A program made the position numbers and the translations under genes. A stretch of 64,000 nt of DNA from a virus, in IMG/VR virus record IMGVR_UViG_3300022689_000130, positions 32,001 through 96,000 of that record; one strand, given 5' to 3'. Under the pieces are notes generated by a model that saw only the letters and a list, made by a program, of their open reading frames with translations, was not told the DNA's origin and made no database searches. This document shows, piece by piece, positions 27,193 to 36,676 of the stretch (position 1 is the first letter of the stretch; each line of letters begins with the position of its first letter).

Positions 27193-29664
27193 TTAAAGTG
27201 CGCCAGTATTGACAATACGAATTGGTATGTAAATAAATTCCACTGCTTTTGTGGGCGAAATTGCCACATCAATATACAACTCGTTACGATCAATTCGAAT
27301 AGGTGTGTTATTACTTTCGTCACAGACAACTGCGAAATCTGTAAGTGCCCGCTTGCTTAGTAAGTCACTAAGGAAACTATCAAACAACTGAACCGCGCGG
27401 GCTCGTGTTAGCGAATCGTTCTGTTCGAATAGCAACGGGCGCGCAATTTCATCGAATCGCTCACGTAGATAAGCAACAAGACGAACAACGTTTACACGGT
27501 CAAGCGCGCTGGTAAATGGGTGCAATGTTTTTTGACCAAACACAACCACGCCCTCTAGAGGGAATTGTGCAATCGGATTCATTTTGTTCAAATATAGTGA
27601 ATCGCGCTGCCCTTGGCTTAGCGAGACTGCCTTAAACTCTTCTTCAGCTGTGATATAACCAACTGCGCTACCATTCTGCACAACGCCACGTGTCAACCCT
27701 GCTGGAGCGAACCACGGGAAGCTGATGTTGTCGTTGTAAGCGTAGGTGTAAAGAACTACGTGGCTTGCTGGAACGGTGACTGTTTCGCCGTCTGGTGTGG
27801 TTGAACGTGCTGGTGGGTAGTAAACTGCACTGTAGGTGTTCTTTGTAACAAGGCCTTCGTCACCGTTTTCTGATGCCCCAACTCCTTGGACCCACTGTAC
27901 CGCTTCAGTTGGGCTGAGACGCATTGGAGTGTCAATAATAATAAACCCTGTCTCACCACGATCAGAGTTTAGTGTAACCAATTCGTCTGTAAGTTCTGGA
28001 AAGTTCGGTGCTGCTAACAATGTAAAGTTTCGGTTTGGATCTCGAAGATCTTCGTTACCTGCAACCGCTGCCTGCATTGCAGTTGCGATGATTTTACGCT
28101 GAGCAAGTCGACCAAATACGCCACTACCGTTTGCGTTATTAAGAGCGCCGTTAACCCAACCATCAACTGTGCTTGCCCCGTCGTTGACTGACATACCTTC
28201 AGCCCAAACACGAACAGTATTGCTTGATCCGGCCATATTGACCGCTAGCATATCCGTCGGGTATAGTTGAGCATTAGGTGCAGAATCTAGTAGATTAGCA
28301 CCAGTGACTGCACCGCTTGGGAGTGCAGTTCGATCAGCAACTGTAAAATCATCAAAGATAACACCTCGTTCAGTGGTCTGATCAGTGTTGTCGTAGAGCA
28401 ACCAACTTGAGCTACCACTGTCGTAACGGTAGATACGCGGATACTGAGATTCTGTACCATCAGTTTCAACCCAGATGTCATCATCACTTGGAGTGAGTGG
28501 CTCGGTAGTTGAGTAAGTGATATTTGCCTCTTCAACTCGAACCCAATCACTGCCGTCATGCAATAGAATGTCTAAATCGGTCTCAGTTGGATCAAACCAA
28601 TAAGATCCAACTACTGGCGTACCTGTTGGTTCATCATTCTGTGCATAGACCACTTCGTTGATTGCAGTTGGTGAACTACTTTCAATACGTTCAAGTTCAA
28701 ACCCGGCGTTTGCCGCAGTTATGTTGATAGCTACATTATTATCGTCCATATCTGCGACAATGTCAGTAACACTTGTTCCATCCTGAGCCACATAAGTTGT
28801 ACCGCCATCGTTTGAAACACCTTCTACTTCAAGAAGCGTGAACACGCCCAAGCTATTTGATTGATAGACTACAAGGTTAAGGCCATTACCTGGTCGCGTT
28901 GTTTTAACCCAAATATCTCCGTCAGCAGGAGCGGTCGGGCTTGCATAATGTGGTGCATATGTAACGGTGGTTGCTAGTAGATTGGCTACATTTGCTTGAT
29001 CAACACTCTGCCATGCTGCGCCATCGCTTTCAAAATAACCAATCGCGACACCTGTTGGACTTGCAACGCCATCATTTAAGATAGCGACTAGATAGCTGCC
29101 TGCTGCGCCAACTGGTTCAGATGGAACATAAGTCTTAGGATCTGCAACTTCACCTGCTGTTGCTTCAAGTGCAACTTCAACGGTGACTGTTTGAAGTACC
29201 CAGGCTGCGCTTGCTGCTACGTAACGATGAAGACCGAATGAACTTGCATCAGTGTCAATCCAGATCTGGTTTCCGTTTGCTGGACCTGCTGGCGCTGTTT
29301 CACTTGATACTAATTCATCTAGGTCAATGTCTGCTCTTACAATGTAAGCCTGTGATCCCTGTCCAAGATAACTGTATGCTGCTAATAACCCATACTCGCT
29401 TGTTTCTGCGCCTTGGACGCCGGTTACAAACTGCGGGTCTCCGAAGAATTGTGTAATCTCTCGCTGTGATGTTACTGGAACAACCAAGCCAGCATTGCTT
29501 GGCTTAGTAAACCGCGCAATCCCATCAGTTTCGGTACCTGTTGGGTCGATTTTATTTGCAGCGGTTGCAACAATAATGAGAGGAATAGTGCCAGCACCAG
29601 GGCTAGCATATGCGCTTTCGTCAATGACTGTAACGTCAACGCCTGGTGATACTAAAGTAGCCAT
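27193..29664 (-). CDS. gp18: Tail sheath protein (gp18-like)
   Basis: LVSPGV, PWFAPAGLTRG, RDSLY, FGQKT, DRVNVVRL, CDESNN, KAVEFIYIP. Confidence 0.95.
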   Translation of the reverse strand: MATLVSPGVDVTVIDESAYASPGAGTIPLIIVATAANKIDPTGTETDGIARFTKPSNAGLVVPVTSQREITQFFGDPQFVTGVQGAETSEYGLLAAYSYLGQGSQAYIVRADIDLDELVSSETAPAGPANGNQIWIDTDASSFGLHRYVAASAAWVLQTVTVEVALEATAGEVADPKTYVPSEPVGAAGSYLVAILNDGVASPTGVAIGYFESDGAAWQSVDQANVANLLATTVTYAPHYASPTAPADGDIWVKTTRPGNGLNLVVYQSNSLGVFTLLEVEGVSNDGGTTYVAQDGTSVTDIVADMDDNNVAINITAANAGFELERIESSSPTAINEVVYAQNDEPTGTPVVGSYWFDPTETDLDILLHDGSDWVRVEEANITYSTTEPLTPSDDDIWVETDGTESQYPRIYRYDSGSSSWLLYDNTDQTTERGVIFDDFTVADRTALPSGAVTGANLLDSAPNAQLYPTDMLAVNMAGSSNTVRVWAEGMSVNDGASTVDGWVNGALNNANGSGVFGRLAQRKIIATAMQAAVAGNEDLRDPNRNFTLLAAPNFPELTDELVTLNSDRGETGFIIIDTPMRLSPTEAVQWVQGVGASENGDEGLVTKNTYSAVYYPPARSTTPDGETVTVPASHVVLYTYAYNDNISFPWFAPAGLTRGVVQNGSAVGYITAEEEFKAVSLSQGQRDSLYLNKMNPIAQFPLEGVVVFGQKTLHPFTSALDRVNVVRLVAYLRERFDEIARPLLFEQNDSLTRARAVQLFDSFLSDLLSKRALTDFAVVCDESNNTPIRIDRNELYIDVAISPTKAVEFIYIPIRIVNTGAL

Positions 29665-29756
29665 GTATAATCTCCTGTCAAAGCTTATTAAAAATGCTCT
29701 AACAGTATTTAGCGAAAAGCTACTTATCTGGTGTGGTTATAGGGATAACTACGCGG

Positions 29757-30383
29757 TTAATCTTTCATGATGCGATCTACATGAAAACGCAGATTATCAA
29801 TGCTATCATCATTTAAAATAGTTCTATCAAATTCAGTAGGATAGTCAAGCCAGCGCCATTCGCTTTCATGTATTTCAGGATGTTCTTTCATCCATTGAGT
29901 GTCGTAACGATTATCTGAGATTGCCTTTTGTGTCCACTCTGGGTCTGAGCCTTTCTTGACTCGCCATACTTCTCCACCCATGTTACGCAAAAGATCTCGC
30001 TCGTTGAAAAAACGAACGTCAGGAATTACAAACTTGGTATCAGGATTGTCTTCCAGCTGCTTTTTGACAATTAAGACCCAAACGTTGTCGTCCAGACCTT
30101 GTCTCATGCAGTCTGTTCCTACACGCTGCATTGCTAGTCTTGGAGTAAAGTCATAACCGAGTTCTTCGCTCCACCACTCGTCAGGAGTTTCTCGCCATGC
30201 TCTGCTCGCAGGTTTATTGCCTTCAATCATGCCGCGGTCCCAGTTGAATATGGTTGCAACAGTATCTTTAAGTCGATCTGAGTAGCTGATTTTTGTGTAA
30301 CCGTATTCTTCGACAAGGATATCACCTACTGTGTCTTTACCACAGCCGATAAACCCACAGATTCCAATTATTCTTTTCTCCAT
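29757..30383 (-). CDS. gp1: Deoxynucleoside monophosphate kinase (gp1-like)
   Basis: IIGICGFIGCGKDT, TPRLAMQRVGTD, DVRFFNE, HESE. Confidence 0.92.
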   Translation of the reverse strand: MEKRIIGICGFIGCGKDTVGDILVEEYGYTKISYSDRLKDTVATIFNWDRGMIEGNKPASRAWRETPDEWWSEELGYDFTPRLAMQRVGTDCMRQGLDDNVWVLIVKKQLEDNPDTKFVIPDVRFFNERDLLRNMGGEVWRVKKGSDPEWTQKAISDNRYDTQWMKEHPEIHESEWRWLDYPTEFDRTILNDDSIDNLRFHVDRIMKD

Positions 30384-30436
30384 AATTACTCCAACGCTCC
30401 ACAATCATAACATGAAACGTCAACAATATCAAGTAG

Positions 30437-30688
30437 TTATTGCTCTAACTTTTTGAGGAGTGCTTTTTGATTATATTCGTCAAATTTACCAATCAAATAG
30501 TCGACTTCGCTTTCGGTACCAGACCGAATGTCGCGGCGCAATCCCATAAAAACAATCTGATCATCAACTTTCATGCTCCCCGATGACTGTTGATGCCAAC
30601 TTTTAAACTGGTCAAGCAACTTGTAAGCGTGGCCACGCTTACGATTCATACGTTCAAGATCGATGCTATTTTGTTCTTCTTGATTCAT
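30437..30688 (-). CDS. Hypothetical protein
   Basis: ATGA-coupled small ORF. Confidence 0.7.
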   Translation of the reverse strand: MNQEEQNSIDLERMNRKRGHAYKLLDQFKSWHQQSSGSMKVDDQIVFMGLRRDIRSGTESEVDYLIGKFDEYNQKALLKKLEQ

Positions 30689-31035
30689 ACGTCTGTCAAT
30701 TTCCTCAAGAGCTTCATTTCAAGTGCAATACTATAATAGAAGTTGGGTTCAAATTCACTACAAGGAGGGTCTACAGGCTGTCTCCCGATCATGACACGGT
30801 CTCCGGATCGTCTCCCGATCGTGACACGATCAGTGCATCTATCTCGGCATATGCGGTATTCATCTGGATGTATACACAAGGATAGGTCATATTCTTTTGG
30901 GCATATACCTCTCTTCATCCATTTACTGCATTTAGCGCATCGACGATCAGAAATGAAGGCGTCAAGCTTACGATCTGGCCATGAAGAAAGAAGGTCGATA
31001 TATTTATCCCGCTCCTTTTGCATGTCTTTCTTCAT
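30685..31035 (-). CDS. Cys-rich hypothetical protein with an internal 30-bp duplication
   Basis: CAKC...CP...C; DRVTIGRRSG/DRVMIGRQP repeat at 30781-30831. Confidence 0.7.
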   Translation of the reverse strand: MKKDMQKERDKYIDLLSSWPDRKLDAFISDRRCAKCSKWMKRGICPKEYDLSLCIHPDEYRICRDRCTDRVTIGRRSGDRVMIGRQPVDPPCSEFEPNFYYSIALEMKLLRKLTDV

Positions 31036-31289
31036 GATTCCAACTTCAACATTACTTCTTTTTCACCGATTTCTTCGATCATACGTTCCAATGCCTCAGG
31101 AAAGTGATCAACAAGCATAGAGTCGTCTGGCAGACTGGTATAGAGTGAGTTAAGGAAGTAATGCACGAACCCATCACGCATTGCTCCAGCAAAAACATCT
31201 GGAGAACGCTCGTTGACCATCTTGACTTCTTCGTGCAACCGGCCAATCAGGTTGCGAACGCGAACAGCACGGGGATCAAGATAGTCCAT
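31032..31289 (-). CDS. Hypothetical protein
   Basis: Probable start MDYLDPR. Confidence 0.65.
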   Translation of the reverse strand: MDYLDPRAVRVRNLIGRLHEEVKMVNERSPDVFAGAMRDGFVHYFLNSLYTSLPDDSMLVDHFPEALERMIEEIGEKEVMLKLES

Positions 31290-31422
31290 CGAGAGGTTTT
31301 CCTTTGTATTTACGCTTGCGGTCAAGCTTTTGGACTTGTTTGCCAGGAATCGTCCTCTGGATAAATCCGCTGCTAGGATCGCGCAAAATGGCCGCAACTT
31401 TTGAATGCGGATAATTTGCCAT
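31276..31422 (-). CDS. Small basic protein, ArfA-like
   Basis: MANYPHSKVAAILRDPSSGFIQRTIPGKQVQKLDRKRKYKGK. Confidence 0.5.
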   Translation of the reverse strand: MANYPHSKVAAILRDPSSGFIQRTIPGKQVQKLDRKRKYKGKPLDGLS

Positions 31423-31633
31423 GTTTGAGTGTTGCGATTGCTTGATTTTTCGCAAATTCGAAGTCTTTGGCAGTGACACTGAACATAGCCACTCTATTTG
31501 TGTAACCAACATGATACCACTCGTCAATCAATGCGATAATACTGATTACCACTGCCCCGTTAACAACGTGAACATCGTATTCTAAACGATACGTATTAGA
31601 ACACCAATTCCGAGAACCAGATACTCTTGTCAT
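31373..31633 (-). CDS. Hypothetical protein
   Basis: GAGG RBS after the upstream stop. Confidence 0.55.
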   Translation of the reverse strand: MTRVSGSRNWCSNTYRLEYDVHVVNGAVVISIIALIDEWYHVGYTNRVAMFSVTAKDFEFAKNQAIATLKHGKLSAFKSCGHFARS

Positions 31634-31641
31634 TATCTACC

Positions 31642-32037
31642 TCACATATAAAGCGGGCCTGTCCAACGGATGGTATAACCACCAGTGAGGATGTTGCCAC
31701 GACTGTGGTTCTTTGCGGGCGCAGACCAGCTAGCAGCTTTGAGGATCGTGCCTTTGGGGAACTTGCCGCCGTCTTCAGCAACAATGAAACCCCAAACCGA
31801 ACGGTTCGAGATGATCTTGATATACTTCTTGCCCTTGCGGACTTCGAAGCCGCCGTTGAACTCAGCAACCATCTTCTGGTTGATCTCACTCAATCCTTCA
31901 AGATCAAAATTGCGGCTACTACCCTTGCGTGTTGCGTCACGCTGACGAGCGGCGGCTCCTTGCAGAGTGTAGGTCAAGTAGTCGTCCTTGATGGCTTCAA
32001 TCAGGGCTTCAACTGCGGCGTCGAGCGTCATTTCCAT
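31642..32037 (-). CDS. Conserved phage early protein
   Basis: KYIKI...VWGFI...GTILKAASWSAPAKN..RGNI...WTGPLYM; shared early promoter. Confidence 0.85.
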   Translation of the reverse strand: MEMTLDAAVEALIEAIKDDYLTYTLQGAAARQRDATRKGSSRNFDLEGLSEINQKMVAEFNGGFEVRKGKKYIKIISNRSVWGFIVAEDGGKFPKGTILKAASWSAPAKNHSRGNILTGGYTIRWTGPLYM

Positions 32038-32092
32038 CGTGTATCTCCTTTGCTTACTCTTATAATATAAACAATATGTCTTGGTTTGTCTA
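32038..32092 (-). promoter_or_regulatory. Early promoter with shared leader
   Basis: TAGACA-AACCAAGACATATTGTT-TATATT-N6-GTAAGCAAAGGAGA. Confidence 0.8.
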
Positions 32093-32139
32093 CTAGAAAA
32101 GTAAACAAAGTTTCCTTGATTGTCAATGAGTTGTAATTT

Positions 32140-32517
32140 TTATCCGCCGTTGAGCCACTCGTATTCACCGTTATTTGTAGTGATTTTCTTACCAGCTGCG
32201 AGCTGGGCATACATCGCCCTGACGTCTAGACGTGCTTGATCAGGAACCATGAACTTTTCTTGCTTGACGCTATATTGCTCATAGTTCTCGTCATCATAGT
32301 CACCATTGAGGTGACGCCATCTGAGGTGGCGGGCAAGTTTGAAAGCTTGTTTGGTCCATGGCTTGCTTCTTTCCAGATGTAACCACAGCTCAAGCGCAAC
32401 AGGATCCAGCTTTGGTCCAAAGGCCAGTAGTAGAGCCATGTCGGTGCAACTTGGCGAGTTTTGTAAGCTCATGAATCCCGTTTGGTCTTGTTTTAGGATG
32501 TCTCTGATTGAATGCAT
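32140..32517 (-). CDS. Hypothetical protein
   Basis: TAATG coupling to the upstream gene. Confidence 0.7.
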   Translation of the reverse strand: MHSIRDILKQDQTGFMSLQNSPSCTDMALLLAFGPKLDPVALELWLHLERSKPWTKQAFKLARHLRWRHLNGDYDDENYEQYSVKQEKFMVPDQARLDVRAMYAQLAAGKKITTNNGEYEWLNGG

Positions 32518-32969
32518 TAATGTTTCCTTGCACAAACAGGACCAAGGCCGGTCTCGATGCTCTCAGGCACCGTCAGCGTCCGGCCGCAAGCGCCACACTT
32601 TCCGCTGTGATAAAATTCCACGGTGTCATGCAGGACACCGCGATCGAGATTGTGGAGCAGCCAGTTGAGCCCTTTGAAGCTCACTGCATCAGGACGACCT
32701 TTGCGTCCAGCGTTGAGGCGCGATTTGTTGTGGCTGTTCATGTGGCCCAGGTAACCATATGCGGTCTCGTTGCAAGGTCCTTGCAGCACCTTAACAAACA
32801 GAATAGGCGCGTCAGTGCGTCCTTCACGCGGCTTGCTATTGCTGACTTTGTAGGTGAAGCGGGTTCCAGTGCGCTTGTTCTGGATGGTGAACAGGGCGCG
32901 ACCAGCAAAGATGAACCGCCGGATGGCTGCGGGGTCGGTCATGCGTCCTTCAAAAAGATCTTCTTTCAT
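32517..32969 (-). CDS. DUF6011-like zinc-ribbon protein
   Basis: CGACGRTLTVPESIETGLGPVC. Confidence 0.8.
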   Translation of the reverse strand: MKEDLFEGRMTDPAAIRRFIFAGRALFTIQNKRTGTRFTYKVSNSKPREGRTDAPILFVKVLQGPCNETAYGYLGHMNSHNKSRLNAGRKGRPDAVSFKGLNWLLHNLDRGVLHDTVEFYHSGKCGACGRTLTVPESIETGLGPVCARKH

Positions 32970-32978
32970 GGCGTCCTC

Positions 32979-33290
32979 TTAGCGCAAGGTGGTATAAAAG
33001 CCGGTTTCGGCCGTGAACAGCTCTTGTAGCATGTCAGCGTAAATGCCTTCATGGCGGCTGACAGTTTGCCATTCCAGCTTGCGGATACGGCCAAACTCAA
33101 CGTTGTAGGTGTCCGAGCCATGGTCGTATTCAACACGCAAGCGGTTAGCTCGGTTTTTGGCACCAGTGCCAAATTGGAGAGAAAGTCCACCGTCGCCGTT
33201 GAGCGCAACCATGTTCTTACCACCTACAAGCAACAAAAACTGGCGGCCGCCAAGCTGGTCGAGAATTGTTTCAGCTACTTGCTGTGCCAT
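32979..33290 (-). CDS. Conserved hypothetical early protein
   Basis: ILDQLGG...DTYNVEF...GIYADMLQELFTAETG. Confidence 0.85.
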   Translation of the reverse strand: MAQQVAETILDQLGGRQFLLLVGGKNMVALNGDGGLSLQFGTGAKNRANRLRVEYDHGSDTYNVEFGRIRKLEWQTVSRHEGIYADMLQELFTAETGFYTTLR

Positions 33291-33344
33291 GTGTATCTCC
33301 TTTGCTTACTCTTATAATATAAGTAATAAGTCTTGGTTTGTCAA
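33291..33344 (-). promoter_or_regulatory. Early promoter with shared leader
   Basis: TTGACA-AACCAAGACTTATTACT-TATATT-N6-GTAAGCAAAGGAGA. Confidence 0.85.
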
Positions 33345-33434
33345 GCCTTAAATTTTATACCAAAGTTGTAATGTCAGGTATTTGATGTAGAGAGACACGG
33401 ATTTCTGTGTCACAACGTCTTTGTATCTCATCAG

Positions 33435-34160
33435 CTATCTGTTCGGTATTTTTGTTGGATCTAAGACTCTTCGGTCAGAAGCAGATGTTGATGGTTTGAC
33501 CCATCCTAAGGATTGCATTTTTTCCCATGCTGCTTTTGCTTCAGGCTGTTGCAGCCCGCTGGCATGAAGGTAAAGTCCTTGCTTTTGTAACCACTTTGCG
33601 GCTTTTTGATACATCGCTAATGCAATATGTTGGCGTTGAAAACCATCATAGACACGAATATAATCAACGAGCGGTTTGTCGACATGGTATTTCTTGAATT
33701 TTTCAAATTCTGTTGCGTGATGCTTGTTTAACCTTGGACTGTCAATCATCGACAGGTAATGATCTAATGTCTTTGTGTCCATATTTTTGATGTCATCTTG
33801 ATTTGACCATCCCAAGTCCCAGTACTTTGCCGGCGGGCGATGTCGGCTAAGGACTGCATATAGGAGCAATTTCTTCTTTACATCATCAGGCATATCTCGC
33901 CAATTTGTTCTGGCAAATTCATTCGGAATATACTGCTTTAACAGATAATTAACAAGTGATGGATATTTGGTATCAAATCGTTCTTTTGGAATGTATGATA
34001 TTTTAAGATATCCGGCCTCTTCGCCATTGACTTTAGCGACTAGTTTGTGAATTATCCATTCATTATTGATTTTTCTATCAGCCTCTGAATCCTGATGCAA
34101 CTCAAACTCAATTTCGTTGCCTGATTTAGTTTCATATTCTAGTATTTCAGATACTCGCAT
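33435..34160 (-). CDS. GNAT-like acetyltransferase with capsid-targeting-like tag
   Basis: VDYIRVYDGFQRQHIALAMY...ASGLQQPEAKAAW; starts MRVSEILE. Confidence 0.7.
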   Translation of the reverse strand: MRVSEILEYETKSGNEIEFELHQDSEADRKINNEWIIHKLVAKVNGEEAGYLKISYIPKERFDTKYPSLVNYLLKQYIPNEFARTNWRDMPDDVKKKLLLYAVLSRHRPPAKYWDLGWSNQDDIKNMDTKTLDHYLSMIDSPRLNKHHATEFEKFKKYHVDKPLVDYIRVYDGFQRQHIALAMYQKAAKWLQKQGLYLHASGLQQPEAKAAWEKMQSLGWVKPSTSASDRRVLDPTKIPNR

Positions 34161-34162
34161 CT

Positions 34163-34906
34163 TTATCCAACTATAATTCCCAGTCCTGTGCTGCCTTCTT
34201 TGTATAGTTTGATGTCTTCTTCTAACTGCGCCATGGTTTCTGTTGCATCTGCTTTAAGTTGATCGCCATTTAACGTTGTGCCTCCCTGTGGACCAGCCAC
34301 TGTGGCAAACTTTCCTCGTGCTTCTCCAAGCATGAACTTGCTCATAGCCAGTGCATACTCTTTGAGCCACGGCAAGGCATAGTGATCAGCAAACAAGTCA
34401 GATTCTTCACGATATGCGTATGCGTGTAGGTAAACCACTACCTCTGAGCGTGGACGACGGTGAAGGAATAGCTGGTGCTTGGTGCGGTTCCAAGTATACT
34501 GGAATTCGTAACCGAACATTTTACCGATTAACTCTAGGTGCTGCTGAAGTATTTCATAAGTGGCCAAGCTTCCGCCGCGACCACTAGCAAGGGGTCCTAA
34601 ATACGTGTTGATATACTGCGCTCCAAAAGGCTCAAATTCAACACCCTGGTTAAACACGCCGCCAGTCGAACGCTGGTAGATGTCCTTGATGTCGATAATT
34701 TCTTCTGGTAATGTGTAGGTTGCTACGTCAACTTCAAGTTGGAGGTCATAAAACTTCTCTTCAACAGCGTTCTCACTTCGTTGTCTAAATTTTTCTAATG
34801 CCTTATCGATCGCTAGTTCATAGTGTTCAGGGTCTAACTCTACATCAACCATTTGCCCACCTAAACGTAGTTCAATCTCTTTAGTAATACTTGCTCGACT
34901 TGTCAT
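34163..34906 (-). CDS. gp13: Neck protein (gp13-like)
   Basis: LRLGGQMVDVELD...WLKEYALA...GEARGKF...GPQGGTTLNG. Confidence 0.88.
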   Translation of the reverse strand: MTSRASITKEIELRLGGQMVDVELDPEHYELAIDKALEKFRQRSENAVEEKFYDLQLEVDVATYTLPEEIIDIKDIYQRSTGGVFNQGVEFEPFGAQYINTYLGPLASGRGGSLATYEILQQHLELIGKMFGYEFQYTWNRTKHQLFLHRRPRSEVVVYLHAYAYREESDLFADHYALPWLKEYALAMSKFMLGEARGKFATVAGPQGGTTLNGDQLKADATETMAQLEEDIKLYKEGSTGLGIIVG

Positions 34907-34926
34907 ATAGTTTGCTCCCTCTCAGT

Positions 34927-34953
34927 GATATTTATCGTGACACGATAAATATC
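34927..34953. promoter_or_regulatory. Back-to-back late promoters forming a 13-bp palindrome
   Basis: GATATTTATCGTG-A-CACGATAAATATC between divergent genes. Confidence 0.8.
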
Positions 34954-34967
34954 TGAAAGGAATCTAT

Positions 34968-35585
34968 ATGCGTTATTACAATCTGCTTGAAGGCAGAAAT
35001 TCACGATGTATTGTAATTGATGTCCAGCCTGAATACACTGGAGTTAACGATGGGTCTGAATTACCTTGGATTGATGACATGATGGCATGGCTAAACCGTC
35101 AAGGTCCTGTTTTGATGTTTGTTAATGCTGAAGATACAGGAATAACAATGGATACAATTCCTGACATTCAAGAATATTGGAATGACAGCGGGTATGACCC
35201 AAGTAAATGGAATCAAACCACTATCGTTGACAAAGGATATGGTTATATGCGTGCCTGGATGGATCAAGGCGTGAGTGATGCAGCTATCATCAAAACCATT
35301 CGCGAACTGTATAACCAAAAGAAAACAGATACGAGAGAGCTATTCAGCGGTGATGATAGTGAAACTTATCAGGACGAGATGTCTAACTTTTTGGGTTATG
35401 AGTGGCATGAATGGATGGCTGATGACAGTCTAATAGTTGAATGGACTAGCATCGGTCAGCTAAAACAGTTTAACGGAGCATATTTGATGGGAGGCGGTCG
35501 TGAAGAATGCCTCAGAGAGGTAACATTATTGATGAATGCATTCAACATCAAATACAAACTTGTTCAGGAATTTATCTATGGATAA
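34968..35585 (+). CDS. Isochorismatase/cysteine-hydrolase-like protein with capsid-targeting-like tag
   Basis: IVIDVQ, DKGY, GGGREECLREV (Asp-Lys-Cys triad); starts MRYYNLLE. Confidence 0.7.
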   Translation: MRYYNLLEGRNSRCIVIDVQPEYTGVNDGSELPWIDDMMAWLNRQGPVLMFVNAEDTGITMDTIPDIQEYWNDSGYDPSKWNQTTIVDKGYGYMRAWMDQGVSDAAIIKTIRELYNQKKTDTRELFSGDDSETYQDEMSNFLGYEWHEWMADDSLIVEWTSIGQLKQFNGAYLMGGGREECLREVTLLMNAFNIKYKLVQEFIYG

Positions 35586-35597
35586 GGAGAAAAGATA

Positions 35598-36656
35598 ATG
35601 CCACGCCTGTCGATGTGGAGTCCACAGAAGACTAACGATTACAATTTTTTTGACCGTCAAATACGTGAACAATTTCATGTAGGTGGTACTGGTGCGATTG
35701 TGCACAAGTATATTGGTCCAGAAGATGGACAGATACAAAATGATCCTACTCAGCCTGATTATCAAAACGACGGACTGATCAACGAGACTACTATTCAAGA
35801 CTTGCTGCTCCTCGAAAATCGTGACCGCAAGTATGATAAAGACCTATATGAACTGCGCGGCGTCTACAACGTCAGCGACAATGATTTTGACCTTACTCAG
35901 TTTGGCTTGTTTCTTACCAACGATGTTCTCTATATGACATTTCATATGAACGAAATGGTTGAAGTTCTTGGACGTAAGCTTATGAGTGGTGACGTGATTG
36001 AACTGCCGCATTTGATTGAAGAATATGCATTAGATGCAGACACATCGCCTATTCCCAAGTTCTACCAAGTAGAGGATGGCAACAGAGGTGGCGAAGGGTT
36101 TAGTGCGACTTGGTGGCCTCATATTTGGCGCTGTAAGCTTGCACCAATTACGGACAGTCAAGAGTTTGATGATATTCTAGGCAACGCAGAACAAGATGAC
36201 AGTATGAAAAATCTATTCAGCACATTTCAAACTGAGCGTGACATCACAGATGCAGTATTAGAAAGCGCACAACAAAATGATCCCATTGGTAGCCCGACAT
36301 ATCTCTTAAATCACCTATTCAATTATGTAGACGAAAACGATGATGCTAGCTTCTTCAATAGCAGCACAGTTGCCATTGGCGATATCTTTCCAAGCAACCC
36401 CAATCAAGGTGATTTCTTTATTCGGGATGATTTTTTGCCAAATCGTTTATTTCAATATAGAGAAAGCCGCTGGATAAGACTTTACGATGAAATTGAAGGT
36501 GGCACATGGAGTGACAGGACGTTTAACGCTAGCACATTTATCAATGAACGCGGAACAGACGTTAATGATAGAGGCACGTATAAACGCCGTCAGTCTATTA
36601 CTGATGCAATCAAGCCGAGACCTGATTATGACGGCAATACAAACAGTGACGACTAA
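35598..36656 (+). CDS. gp14: Neck protein (gp14-like)
   Basis: IQDLLLLENRDRKYD...FDLTQFGLFL...GDVIELPH; position between gp13 and gp15. Confidence 0.75.
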   Translation: MPRLSMWSPQKTNDYNFFDRQIREQFHVGGTGAIVHKYIGPEDGQIQNDPTQPDYQNDGLINETTIQDLLLLENRDRKYDKDLYELRGVYNVSDNDFDLTQFGLFLTNDVLYMTFHMNEMVEVLGRKLMSGDVIELPHLIEEYALDADTSPIPKFYQVEDGNRGGEGFSATWWPHIWRCKLAPITDSQEFDDILGNAEQDDSMKNLFSTFQTERDITDAVLESAQQNDPIGSPTYLLNHLFNYVDENDDASFFNSSTVAIGDIFPSNPNQGDFFIRDDFLPNRLFQYRESRWIRLYDEIEGGTWSDRTFNASTFINERGTDVNDRGTYKRRQSITDAIKPRPDYDGNTNSDD

Positions 36657-36676
36657 TACTCAATAGGAAATGTAAA

